Shown one piece after another: positions 52,793-64,000 of a DNA stretch of 64,000 bases. The notes under the pieces are model-generated. The model did no database searches and was not told the origin of the DNA. It was given only the letters and a program-made list of their open reading frames with translations. Each line of letters begins with the position of its first letter. The first letter of the stretch is position 1. A program made the position numbers and the translations under genes. The stretch covers positions 369,024,001-369,088,000 of the forward strand of contig OZ024742.1 in the NCBI GenBank assembly GCA_964016885.1. Reading direction: 5' to 3'. Source of the stretch: Eledone cirrhosa (lineage: Eukaryota).

Positions 52793-53205
52793 TGGTGGCT
52801 GCCAACTCGTTTTCGAGTACGGCCACTACTTTATATCCATGTAGGAGAACCCCTACCGATACGCTGAACGAGTGTAACTTTTTAGTCCAGCCAGCGACTT
52901 GAAAACTCTGGTACAAACACTACAGTTGTGACAATTATTGACACATAGTGCAGGGCCCATGGTACCATGTGATGACAAGTGCAGAGAGATCTCCAGATAT
53001 AAAGCAATGCCTGTGCCGTGAAGCTTTTATAGTGAGCAAAGGCACAGCACAAAGCCAGTCCCACTCTCTTAACCAAGATGATATTTACCAAAAAGAAGAA
53101 CAAGTCAACATCATTGGATACCATCAGAGTTGCAGGTATTATATCAGCGTTTTCCTTCTCCTGGAATTCTGCCTTGACAAATCTCTCCAGTCATCTCTCC
53201 CCGAT
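52793..53205 (-). mobile_element. 3' end fragment of a further RTE-like LINE with a C-terminal Cys motif
   Basis: Minus strand CHNCSVCTRVFKSLAGLKSYTR (degenerate C2H2-like), ending CTCGAAAACGAGTTGGCAGCCACC directly into (AT)n. Confidence 0.5.
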
Positions 53206-53482
53206 ATATATATATATATATATATATACAAGCATATCTATCTATATATATATATCTATATATATCTATATATATATCTATATATATCTATATATATATA
53301 AGCATATCTATCTATATATATATATATATATATATATATTTAATACGATAACAGAGAAAGCTTTAAGCTAAACTGACTGGCTACCATCTCACTCAACAAA
53401 CATTAGGATATACCTTAGTATAATCCCAATTTTGTGTTTATATTTTGTATATATATACAAGCATATCTATCTATATATATTT

Positions 53483-56400
53483 ATCATCATCATCATCATC
53501 ATCATCGTTTAAACGTCCATATTCCACGCTTGCATGGGTTTGGACGGGAGTTTTCCTACTTGAGGAAAGAGTGGTTGTCTTGCTCGCATAGGACTGTCTG
53601 GCGGGTTTTCTACGGCTGGATGCAACTTCTTAACACCAACCACATTTACAGTGTGGACTGGGAGGTTTTTACCGCGTTACCTACACAGCCACATTACAGC
53701 ATGGACTGTGTGTTTTTTTGTCGTGACACCTACACGACCTCATTTGTTTCGGGGTGGATGTTGTGGTTCCAACATAACTTTACATTGAAAGGGGTGGTGT
53801 GGATGGGGTGGGGGTAGTGGGACGGGGGTGTATTTTGTTAGAGATGCCTACTGGCTGTAGTAGGTTTTACTTTGTATTTAGGTAAGGCGGGTCTTCTCTA
53901 TTACTGTGTAGCGCAAAAGATCTCGGTCCAGTGACATTGTCTTGGAGAGGTGTAAGTGTGTGAGGTCGGAATTTATCAAGTCGTCCCAGGTTTTTCTGGG
54001 TCTGCCTACTCCGAGGCTACCGTCTATTTTTATTGCCCTGCACTTTTTTATACAGCTGTCGTCTTTCATGCGCATCACGTGACCATACCAACGTAGTCTT
54101 CTCTCGAGTAAACAGCATCTGATCCCTCTTATTCCTAATTTCTCCCTTAGTTCGTTTATGCTTTGCTGTTCACATATATTACTATTACACATCCAGCGGA
54201 GCATGCAAGCTTCGTTTCTCTCCAGGCTGCGTATATCCTCTGCACACAATGCCCAGGTCTCACTGCCATGTAACATTGCTGTTCGTATGCAGGCATCATA
54301 CAGCCTGCCTTTCATTTTTAGAGAGAACCCTTTAGCGGCCAATAATGGTATAAGCTCTCTGAACTTTTTCCATCCCGTTCTGACTCTAGCTACTGTACTT
54401 TCAGAACACCCTCCCCCACTGCTGATTTTGTCACCCAGGTAACGGAAGCTGTCCACTATTTCTATAGAACCATCTGTGCAATGGAATGAGTTAGTATTCT
54501 GTGGGCACTTGCTGCTACTTATTGCACCAGAGCACCGGCCACATATAAAATCTATATTCTTAGTTAGCTTACCTGTGATCCCACATCTTTTATGCACCCA
54601 TACTTTACATTTGGGACATAAAATTGAGTTTCTACCTACTCCTTTCCTACACACTGAGCATGGCCATTTCCCAGATGGGACCGGTGCCCTATTTTCCTTC
54701 CTACAAACTAGAACTTTAGTCTTAGACAAGTTAACTTTAAGGCTTTTTGATTCTAGGCCTTGCTTCTCTAGTTCAGCCATTGATTCAGCTATGAGCGTTA
54801 GATCATCTGCATATAGTAGTTCCCATGGGCAGCCGGTCTTGAACTCCTCTGTTATAGCCTGAAGGGCAATAATAAATAGTAGGGGGCTAAGGACGGAGCC
54901 CTGATGAACACCAACTTTTACGCTAAACTCTTCACAATATTCGTTGTTAATTCTAACCTTGCTGACTGTTTCTTTATACATGGCTTGTATAGCTCTCACA
55001 AGCCATTCATCAACATCAACACCTAGTTTTCTAAGGGCCCACCAGATAATCGAGCGGGGTACTCTCTCAAAGGCTTTCTCCAAGTCAACAAAAGCTAAGT
55101 GTAGGGGTTTACTTTTAGCTTGGTACTTCTCCTGTAGTTGTCGTACAATGAAATGAGCGTCTGTTGTACTTTTACCTGACACAAACCCGAACTGCATTTC
55201 ATCTAGATCAATTCGCTCTCTGATTAGTTGCGCTATTACTTTTTCTGTTACCTTCATGACCTGGTCAATTAATTTAATGCCTCTATAGTTTCCCCTATCT
55301 AGGGCATCAACTTTACCCTTGTAGCAGTTAATGATGATGCTGCTGCGCCAGTCCTTCGGAACGACCCCATTCTGTATGACTTGGTTTACTATCCAGGTGT
55401 CCATAGTGTGTGCCACCGTTCCAGATGCTTTCAGCATTTCAGCAACTATTTCCGAAGGCCCGGGTGCCTTGCCCGTCTTCATGTCTTTGATCGCCTTACT
55501 TATTATACTACCTTCAACTAGCACTGTTGGTCCCTCTATTGGATCGATGTGGGGGAGACTGTCTTTCTCCCAATTATTCTCCTCATTTAGTAGCCTTTCA
55601 TAGTGACACTTCCAAGCTACCTTCTTATCAGCGTCAGTGATGGCAAGTACGCCATCATCATTAAGTACACACTTCTCCCCGACAATATCACGGTTTTCCT
55701 TGACACATTGCCTAGCAATCCTGAACACCTCACGTTTTTGGTCCTCGCGTTGTAGAACATGCTTGAACTTTCTTTCCTCTGCTTCCCTTCTTGCGAAGTA
55801 CACTTGTCTCCTAGCTTCCCTCCTGGCCACTTGATAGTCTTCTCTACTTCCCCCATCCAGCCATTCTTTCCAAGCCTGCTTTTTGGCCTTAATTGACTCC
55901 TCCACCTTACTGTTCCATCACCATGTTACTCTCCTCCTGCCTATAGGCCTGCTCCAGCCACAGACTTCGTCTGCCGCCATCAGCAGGTTTGCTTTCAGGA
56001 ATTCCCACTGTTCCTCTATATTGTACGACTCTAAATGCTCTTCCTTATTGTCGAAAGCATCAAGTAATATGCTTTTAAATTTATTTCTGGCTGTGGGGTC
56101 CTTTAGCTTCCATATTTTTCTCCTGAGGATAGTCCTCTTCTGTTGTCGAATACGTCTCGTCCTGACTATGAGGTCGCTAATTATGAGTATGTTGAGAGGT
56201 GCATTCTTCATGGGGGAGGGATTTAGTGTTTACAACAGACACCCTGTCACGTCTCCTGGTAAGGATATAATCTACCTGGCTTGTGTGTTCCCCTGATTGT
56301 CTCGTTTTTTGAAGTTAGTGTTACAGATAGTTAGGTTATTTGCGTCACAGAATTCCAGGATTCTGGAGCCTTCCTCATTTCTAGTACCAAACCCATAGCC

Positions 56401-56533
56401 TCCATGGATTCCGTCATAGCCGTCACAATGTTGTCCAACTTGACCATTTAGGTCGCCTGCAATAATTATATAGTCACTGTCGGTTATTTGGGAGGTAGTG
56501 AGCATCAGTATCTCATAGAATCTGTCTTTTATA
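53483..56533 (-). mobile_element. 5'-truncated RTE-BovB-like LINE (partial APE endonuclease + RT), pseudogenised
   Basis: IIAGDLNGQVG...YGFGTRNEEG.RILEFC (EN), a premature TGA at 55918-55920, a 675-aa open RT region 53878-55905 (FVDLEKAF, GVHQGSVLSPLLF, LLYADDL), a 3' UTR and a (GAT)n tail. Confidence 0.96.
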
Positions 56534-56564
56534 GTGTATATATATATATACACACACAAGCATA

Positions 56565-56600
<36 letters not shown>

Positions 56601-56696
56601 TATATATAATAAAAAATTGAACAGGGACAGAACAGAGAGGCAGTACGGCAAATGTTTATTAGATTCACGCTCAGGAGAGTGGGGGGTAGGTGGAGG

Positions 56697-56728
56697 ACGA
56701 CGTTTCGGGCATAAGCCCTTCTTCAGGT
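56697..56728 (-). ncRNA. Minimal hammerhead ribozyme core in the Penelope pLTR
   Basis: Minus strand AC-CUGAAGA-A-GGGC(UUAU)GCCC-GAAA-CG-UC^GU. Stem I is only 2 bp, so activity is doubtful. Confidence 0.65.
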
Positions 56729-57555
56729 AAGAGTTCAAAAGGTGTGTAGGGGAGTGGTGGAGAGACATATAGCGAAAGGAAACGGTGCGAATGAAAAATT
56801 AACAAATAAAGACAAAAATATAATAAATAATAAATAAAATTAAAGCATGATCAAAATACAAGGAAGGAGAACATTTAAAAATAAAGGCATGATCAAAATA
56901 AACTGAAATTAAAAGGGGGGTAAACAGGTGGTGGAAGGGTGTGGGGTGAGTAGAGGTGGAGGCGGGTGGAGTGGGGAGAGGGAGACGGGGTGTCCGAGTG
57001 GGGAGGGCTGAAGGTGGTGTGTGTGGTTAGGTGTGCGTGTGTGTGTGTGTATGTGAAAGTGAGGGTTGGGGGAAGAACGGGGTTGCATGTTCAGGAAGGT
57101 GTGTGTGGGGGGTGTTTTTGTGTGTCGGAGGGTCTGTGCATGTGTGGATAGGGGGTGGGGGGAGAGGAATCAGGGGGCTGAGGGTGTAAATATGTGGTGG
57201 GAAGCACGTGTGTGTGGTTTAAGCGTGTTGTGGGTGTGGGTGGCGTGTGGATAAAAAAAATTTGTTTTGGGATGTGTGTGTGGGTGAGTTATATAGGTGA
57301 TGGTGTTAGAGGATGGTTGAAAGTGGTAAGTTACACGGATGTATGGAGATTTTGGTTGGAAGTCAAAACGCGTGTGGGTAATCCAAGAAGCGGTGGTCGG
57401 AAGAGGAGAGATGTGGGGTGCGCGCGCAACAGGAAGTGGTCAGCAGTGGAAGTGCTGTGGTCAGTTGGTGCTGGGACAGTGGTCGGAAGGGCATAGCAGC
57501 AGTCAGCGGAATGGTAGGGAGGCGAGGATGGGTAGGTGTGAGAGTTGGAGTGAGG

Positions 57556-57604
<49 letters not shown>

Positions 57605-58110
57605 TAGTAGGGGTGTTAGTGGGATGAGTGAGTGTGGAGTGGGGAGAGAAGGGTGTGTGGGGGTCGATGGAGGGAGTGTGGTGTACTGGTGTGTGTGTAG
57701 TTTGGTGAGGAGGTGTTAGTGGGTGTTAGTAGATGGGAGGTGGGGAGGGGTGGAATGCAGGTGTGAGTGGGGGTTAGTGGGGGTAGGGTGTGTAGAGTTG
57801 GTGGTGTACGAGGGTGTGTGGGTACGTGTGCGTGGGGTTGGAGGGTGTTAGTGATGTTAGTTGCGTGTGGGGTGGGTGGTGTAAGTGGGTGCGTGTGTGC
57901 GTGTGATAAGGAGGGGGAGGAGGATAAGAGGGGAGGGAAGGGATGTTAGTAAGTTAGTTGGGGAAGGGTGGTTAGATGAGGGGTGGAGTGGAGGTGTTAG
58001 TATTGTTAGTGTGGGGTGGGCGGTGAAAAGGAGGGGTGTGTTAGTGGTGTGAGTGGGGGATAAGTGGGGGAGGGGGGCGGTCGAACGCTAAAGGAATAAG
58101 GGTGGGGAGT

Positions 58111-58566
58111 TCAGGCCGGGGGGGTGTGGGTCTGTAAGATGAAGATAGTACGTTGTTCGACCGTGAGGCGATGGGCGGGTGTTCCGTGGCACTGGAGTAG
58201 GCCACAGACTGTGAGATGGTGTGCGGAGTGTCCAGGGCCACCAAAGTGGCGGGCGATGGGGGAACTGCCCCCGAGACGAATGTCCCGGAGGTGCTCCGTG
58301 ACTCGGTCCGCCAGGCGGCGTCCCGTCTGTCCGACATAAGTCGCGCTGCACCTCGTGCAACGAAGTCCGTAGACTAGGTTGGAGGAGGTGCAGCGGAAGG
58401 CATGCCGGACCGAGAGAGGGTGGCCGTTGGGACCCTGGAAGGTGGTGGTGTTGGTGATGTGGGGACAGGTGTTGCAGCGGGGCCTAGAACAGGGGAAGGA
58501 ACCGGGGGGGGGGCGTGGGTTGGGGGGTAGGGAGCTGTGGACGAGGAGGGTGCGGAGATTGCGTGC
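58111..58566 (-). pseudogene. GIY-YIG endonuclease domain with an upstream Cys motif (Penelope/Neptune ORF C-terminus), no start codon
   Basis: Manual translation: ARNLRTLLVHS...FPCSRPRCNTCPHI...FRCTSSNLVYGLRCTRCSATYVGQTGRRLADRVTEHLRDIR...PIARHF...H...EQRTIFILQTHTP. The terminal PGLN lies in another frame after a 7-G run. Confidence 0.9.
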
Positions 58567-58802
58567 ATATCTATATATATATATATATATATATATACAA
58601 GCATATCTATCTCTATATATATATAAATATAAATTAGCGAGAATCGTATTTCGGCTTAGGAATTAACGAAAAACAACTTCCGAGATGTGTGGCAATATAT
58701 ATATATATATTTATATGTATACACATACATACAAGCATATCTATCTCTCTCTATATATATACAAGCATATCTATCTATATATATATATATATATATACAA
58801 GC

Positions 58803-61800
58803 AGACTAGTCCTAAATAAAACAATTACCACAATAATATCAGCTTACGCACCCCAATCGGGGTTGCCAGACGAACTTAAGGATAGATTTTACGAGTCCCT
58901 AATGCACACTACTGCTCTAACAAATGACAATGACTTCCTAATCATCGCAGGAGATTTTAACGGACACGTAGGTAAACACTGTGACGGCTTCAATAGAGTA
59001 CATGGAGACCATGGGGTTGGCACAAGAAATGAAGAAGGATTCAGACTTCTAGAATTCTGCGACGCCAATGACATGTCGATATGTAACACAAACTTCAAAA
59101 AACCCGACAATCACCTGATCACCTATAGATCAGTGGAGCATTCTAGTCAGATAGATTTTATCCTCATCAGAGAATGTGACAGATGTACAGTCGTAAACAC
59201 AAAAGCCTTCCCTAGTGAGGAATGTACCTCCCAACATAGCTTAGTTGTCAGCGACCTCACGGTCAGAACTAGACGAACCTGGAAACAGAAGCCAACCTGG
59301 AGAAGAAAGATCTGGAAGCTGAAAGACACCTCAGCCAGTAACAGATTTAAAGATATTTTACTCAACACCTACGATAGTAAAGAAGAACAGATAGAGACAT
59401 TCAATGTAGAAGAGCACTGGGAGTTCCTAAAAAATAACTTACTAGAGGCGACAGATGAGATCTGTGGCTGGAGTAAGACCACAAGCAGGAGGAGAGTGAC
59501 TTGGTGGTGGAACAATAAGGTAGATGAGGCAGTTAAGGCCAAGAGACAGGCATGGACAGAATAGAAGAATGGAGGAAGCAGGGTACATTACATAGAGACC
59601 AAAAGGGAAGCTAGGCGACAAGTATACTTAGCTAGAAGGGAAGCAGAGGATAAAAAATTCAAGCATGTTTTGCAACGTGAGGACGAGAAACAGGAGGTGT
59701 TCAGGATTGCGAGGCGGTGTGTAAGAGAGAATTGTGATGTCATTGGAGAGAAGTGTATCCGGAATGATAAAGGTGAGCTTGCCCTCACAAGTGCTGAGAA
59801 GAAAGATGCATGGAAGAGCGATTATGATAGATTACTAAATGAGGAGAATGCATGGGAAGAAGAGACCCTACCCCAAGTAGACCCTATAGAGGGGCCAGCA
59901 GTACAAGTCAGCAGCAGCGTAGTAAGGCAATCAAAGATATGAAGATGGGGAAGGCAACCGGTCCATCGGGTATAGCTGCTGAGATGCTGAACGCATCTGG
60001 GTCTGTAGGTCACACTATAACCACACGTATTATTAACCAGGTAATACTAGAAGGTGTCATACCAAAAGATTGGTGCAGTAGCATCATTGTCAACTGCTAC
60101 AAAGATAAAGGTGATGCACTAGATAGAGGAAGCTATAGACGTATAAAGCTGATGGACCAGGTCATGAAAGTAACAGAAAGAGTTATAGCACAGTTGATTA
60201 GGGACCGGGTGAAACTAGATGAGATGCAATTTGGGTTTGTACCAGGAAGAGGCACCACTGATGCTCTCTTCCTTGTGAGGCAGTTACAGGAAAAGTACCT
60301 AGCTAAAAGTAAGCCACTCTACCTGGCATTCGTTGATCTCGAGAAAGCCTTTGACAGAGTTCCGCGTGCTATAATCTGGTGGGCTCTTAGAAAACTAGGA
60401 GTAGATGAATGGCTTGTGAAAGCTGTACAAGCCATGTATAGGGGAGCAGTCAGCAAAGTTAGGATTAGCAATGAGTATAGCAAGGAATTTAGCGTACAGG
60501 TTGGGGTCCACCAGGGCTCTGTTCTTAGCCCTCTCCTGTTCATCATAGTCCTGCAGGCAATAACGGAGGAGTTTAAGACCGGATGCCCATGGGAACTCCT
60601 GTATGCAGATGACCTCGCACTCATAGCTGAATCTATGGTAGAACTAGAAGAAATTCCAAACCTGGAAGCAGGGACTAGAGAGAAAGGGTCTCAAAGTCAA
60701 CATGACAAAGACTAAGGTCCTTGTAAGTAGACGAGAAAACAGAACCCAGATCCCCTCAGGGAAATGGCCTTGCTCAGTATGTAGGAAAGGTGTAGGTAGG
60801 AACTCCATTCTCTGCCCCAAATGCAAACAATGGGTACACAAGAGATGTAGCGGGATCTCAGGAAGCTTAATTAAGAATGTAGGATTCACATGCAGCAGCT
60901 GTGCTGAAACAGCAAGCAGCAAACAGCCACAGGAAACAAGTACCACCAACCTCGGGGAGGGCCCTGTAGAAACAGTAGACAGCCTCTGCTACCTAGGTGA
61001 CCGAATTAGCAACGGAGGTGGGTGTTCAGAAAGTACAATAACTAGGGTAAGAACGGGATGGAAGAAGTTTAGGGAACTACTACCACTGCTAGCTGCAAAA
61101 GGCTTCTCCCTCAGAATGAAAGGCAGACTGTATGATGCGTGTATCCGAACAGCGATGTTGCATGGTAGTGAGACCTGGGCGCTGAAGGTGGAAGACTTAC
61201 GTAGATTAGAGAGAAACGAAGCCTGCATGCTCCGATAGATGTGTAATACGCGAACGGCAAAGCATAAATGAATTGAGAGAGAGACTGAGCATAAGAGGAA
61301 TCAAATGCTGTGTGCAGGAGAGGCGGTTGCGCTGGTATGGACATGTGATGCGTATGAAGGATGACAGCTGCATAAAAAGGTGCAGAGTACTAGAAGTCAA
61401 TGGAAACCGCGGAGTGGGGAGACCCAAGATGACCTGGGATGAGGTGATAAAAGCCGACCTTACCCAATTACACCTCTCAAAGGCGATGAAACACGACCGT
61501 GACCTCTGGCGTCACGCAGTAATACAGAGTACCCGACCTCCCATGGGTACAAGCTGAAGCATATAGACAATATGCCCCCACACTCTCCCACTGCAAAGTG
61601 GTCGTGGAGGTGCCACGGAAAAAAAGCACCCAGCCCACACTGTAAGGTGGACGTGTAGGCGCCACGGAAAAAAAGCACCCAGCACTCACTGTAAATGAGG
61701 TTGGTGTTAGGAAGGGCATCCAGCTGTAGAAATCAAGCCAAATCAGTTCCTGTATGAGCAAGACATGGTCAGCCGACCAGACATTGCACACAACAGGACA

Positions 61801-61860
61801 ACCCGTCTAACCCATGCTAGCATGGAAGAACGGATGTAAAACGGTGATGATGATGATGAT
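58803..61860 (+). mobile_element. 5'-truncated RTE-BovB-like LINE (partial EN + RT), pseudogenised
   Basis: IISAYAPQSG, IIAGDFNGHVG and SQIDFIL (EN); a stop at 59562-59564; RT motifs FVDLEKAFDRVPR, GVHQGSVLSPLLF and LLYADDL with frameshifts; RLRWYGHVMR; a 3' UTR and a (GAT)n tail. Confidence 0.96.
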
Positions 61861-61895
61861 CTATCTCTCTCTCTATATATATACAAGCATATCTA

Positions 61896-61943
<48 letters not shown>

Positions 61944-61953
61944 AGCATATCTA

Positions 61954-62005
<52 letters not shown>

Positions 62006-62019
62006 AGCATATCTATCTA

Positions 62020-62057
<38 letters not shown>

Positions 62058-62189
62058 AGCATATCTATCTATCTATCTATATATATATATACAAGCATAT
62101 CTATCTATCTATATATATATATATATACAAGCATATCTATCTCTATATATATATACAAGCATATCTATCTATCTATCTATATACAAGCA

Positions 62190-63787
62190 TAACAGTAATG
62201 TAATGGTGACGTAACAGTAATGTAATGGTGACGTAACAGTAATGGTGTCGACGGCCTCGGAAATCGGGGCGATCGGCACCTTACTGGAGGAGTACGAAAG
62301 GTTTACAGGGGCTAAGCTGAACCGGGACAACTCGATCGGTCTGCAACTCGGCACGTGGAGGGGCAGATCGATGCCCTCTGATGGTGTCATCGGGCGCTGG
62401 ATGGAGGGCCCGGTGAAGTTGCTCGGGGTCTGGTTCGGACCAGACCTCCAGGTGGAGAAGAACTGGGGTGAGGTAACGAACAGGGTGTTTGCACTGACCC
62501 AGAAGTGGGCCGAGTGCAAACTGTCCCTGAAAGGTCGGGCGGAGGTGGCGAACACTTATATAGCGTCCGTCATCTACTACCGCCTGACCGATGTGCCTTG
62601 CCCAAGGGAAACGCTCTTTGGAAGAAGCGGGCTCCTATGGTGAGGAGATCCATCTGCTGTCAACACCCTTCGAAAGGAGGGCTGGGGATGCCGTGGCTAA
62701 TGATACGTAAACACGCATTAAGGCTACGGCACCTCCAGGTATTCCTCACCGGTCAACCGTTTGTGAGGCGAGCCTTTCCCAGACTCGTCTCACTCACCGA
62801 GCTGCAATCCTGGGTCAAGCAAAGACCGAGAAAACTGGGCACCTGGCACACCGAGTGTGCCCAGGCGCTCACGGCTCTCTGGCAGGCGGATCCGGCTGTC
62901 AGTGGAGAATCTACCTCGTCATTCTATAGAGGGATGTTAAGCAGCAGGTGCGACGACGCCCTCGGAGAAGCCCTAGGCATGGAGGAAGACGAACTGGACA
63001 ACCTGTTCGGTAGGACATTCAGCCCGGGACCTATGAATAACTTCCAGAGGTCACTGGCCTGGCAGTGCTACCGAGAGGCTCTGCCCGTTCGAGAAAGGCT
63101 CTACAGACACGGGCGCCCGGGTAGGGACCCCTCGAAAGAGATCTGTCCCAGATGCGTGTGCGACGAGGAAACCGTTGCACATGCATTGGTACACTGCTCG
63201 GGCATTGCCGATCTGTGGGGCTATGTCGAACAACTGCTGTCAAGGGTGGGACCGATCCGGTTGACCACCGAGTCTATTGTAACGATCAAGCCGCCTTCCC
63301 TCTTCAAAAACGAAGGAGAGGCGGTGTTTCTGTGCGTAATAGCCATGGCGAAAGAGGTTGTATGGTGGACGCGTCTGAAAGGACTGAGGTCAGACACTTT
63401 TCTCTCTGGCCAACAACTGGTCCGTTTCTTCCGATATCATTTCGGAAGAAGGATCAGGGTGGAGAGATAGGTGCTGCACCCCAGCCGTTTTTATGAAAGA
63501 TGGGTGAAAGTGGCGAGAATGGCCCGTGTGAATGGGCCTTCACTCTACATCAGACTATAGGTGAGGAAGATGAAAGACCAAGGGAGCACCCCCTCTCTGT
63601 GCTCCTGAGGCGCCTCCTCCCTATTGAGGATTTTGTTATAAAATTTATTTTGTTATATTTTATTTTATTTTTATACTTTAATATCTTGTTATTGCCTCCT
63701 CCATATTGAGGACGCCTTTGCATGTAAACTCCCCCCTTTGTACTTGTCCCACTTTTGATGCCCCGGTGGCAAATAAAAAGAAAGTTA
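62190..63787 (+). mobile_element. 5'-truncated L1-clade (Tx1-like) ORF2 3' half
   Basis: DVTVMVS (just after YADD), GAKLN, KLLGVWF, W..CKLSLKGRAEVAN, KGGLGMP, and the zf-RVT-like W..YREALPV..RL...CPRC...ETVAHALVHC. AATAAA at 63772-63777. Confidence 0.9.
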
Positions 63788-63860
63788 TCTATATACAAGC
63801 ATATCTATCTATCTACATACAAGCATATCTATCTATATATATATATATACAAGCATATCT

Positions 63861-64000
63861 CATCATCATCATCATCAACGTTTAACGTCCGTGTTCCACG
63901 CTTGCATGGGTTTGGACGGGGGTAGTCCCACTTGAGGCAAGAGTGATTGTCTTGCTCGCATAGGACTATCTGGCAGGTTTTCTACAGTTGGATGCCCTTC
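63861..64000 (-). mobile_element. 3' end of another RTE-BovB-like copy (same family as 53483), continues past the window edge
   Basis: (CAT)n then TTTAACGTCCGTGTTCCACGCTTGCATGGGTTTGGACGGG...GTCTTGCTCGCATAGGACT, matching 53483-53625. Confidence 0.9.

Larger units (their letters stand above)
56608..58566 (-). mobile_element. 5'-truncated Penelope-like element (Neptune-type): GIY-YIG domain, long C-rich 3' region, pLTR with hammerhead
   Basis: Combines the GIY-YIG frame (58566-58111) and the hammerhead core (56728-56697) on the same strand. Both ends abut the (TA)n microsatellite. Confidence 0.85.
52595..63860. repeat. Compound microsatellite ACAAGCATATCTATC(TA)n, fragmented by retroelement insertions
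   Basis: The motif recurs at 52595-52792, 53205-53340, 53450-53482, 56535-56608, 58565-58803, 61860-62190 and 63788-63860. Confidence 0.9.

Noticed and set aside
53878-55905. Intact or domesticated reverse transcriptase gene
   Set aside because: It belongs to a 5'-truncated RTE with an upstream stop and frameshifts, and it has small in-frame deletions. Nothing suggests domestication.
56966-58020. Gly/Val/Cys-rich + strand ORFs
   Set aside because: This is low-complexity GT-rich antisense of the Penelope 3' region.

Overview
This is eukaryotic (animal) repetitive DNA, and I could not recognise any intact host gene. The repeat repertoire (RTE-BovB-like LINEs with (GAT)n tails, tRNA-headed SINEs, Penelope-like elements, TTAACCCTTT MITEs, abundant (TA)n) is consistent with a coleoid cephalopod such as an octopus; this is inference, not proof. 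About 60% of the window is tandem repeat: a 14.6-kb ~63-bp satellite with a 4,821-bp higher-order duplication, plus about a dozen other minisatellites. Almost all long ORFs in the track are artefacts of these repeats. The real coding remnants all belong to retroelements: several RTE copies, an L1/Tx1 ORF2, an R4/Dong-like remnant, and a Penelope/Neptune GIY-YIG endonuclease that the ORF track missed. The most notable observations are four. (i) Minimal type-I hammerhead ribozymes occur, including an inverted pair interlocked with an inverted RTE pair. (ii) Several minisatellites grew out of short internal pieces of mobile elements whose remnants still flank the arrays. (iii) An 11-kb ACAAGCATATCT(AT)n microsatellite tract holds a pile-up of at least six retrotransposon insertions from three superfamilies. 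(iv) There is a 214-bp-arm palindrome and a pre-miRNA-like hairpin. All alignments, folds and translations were done by eye, so coordinates of degenerate elements are approximate.
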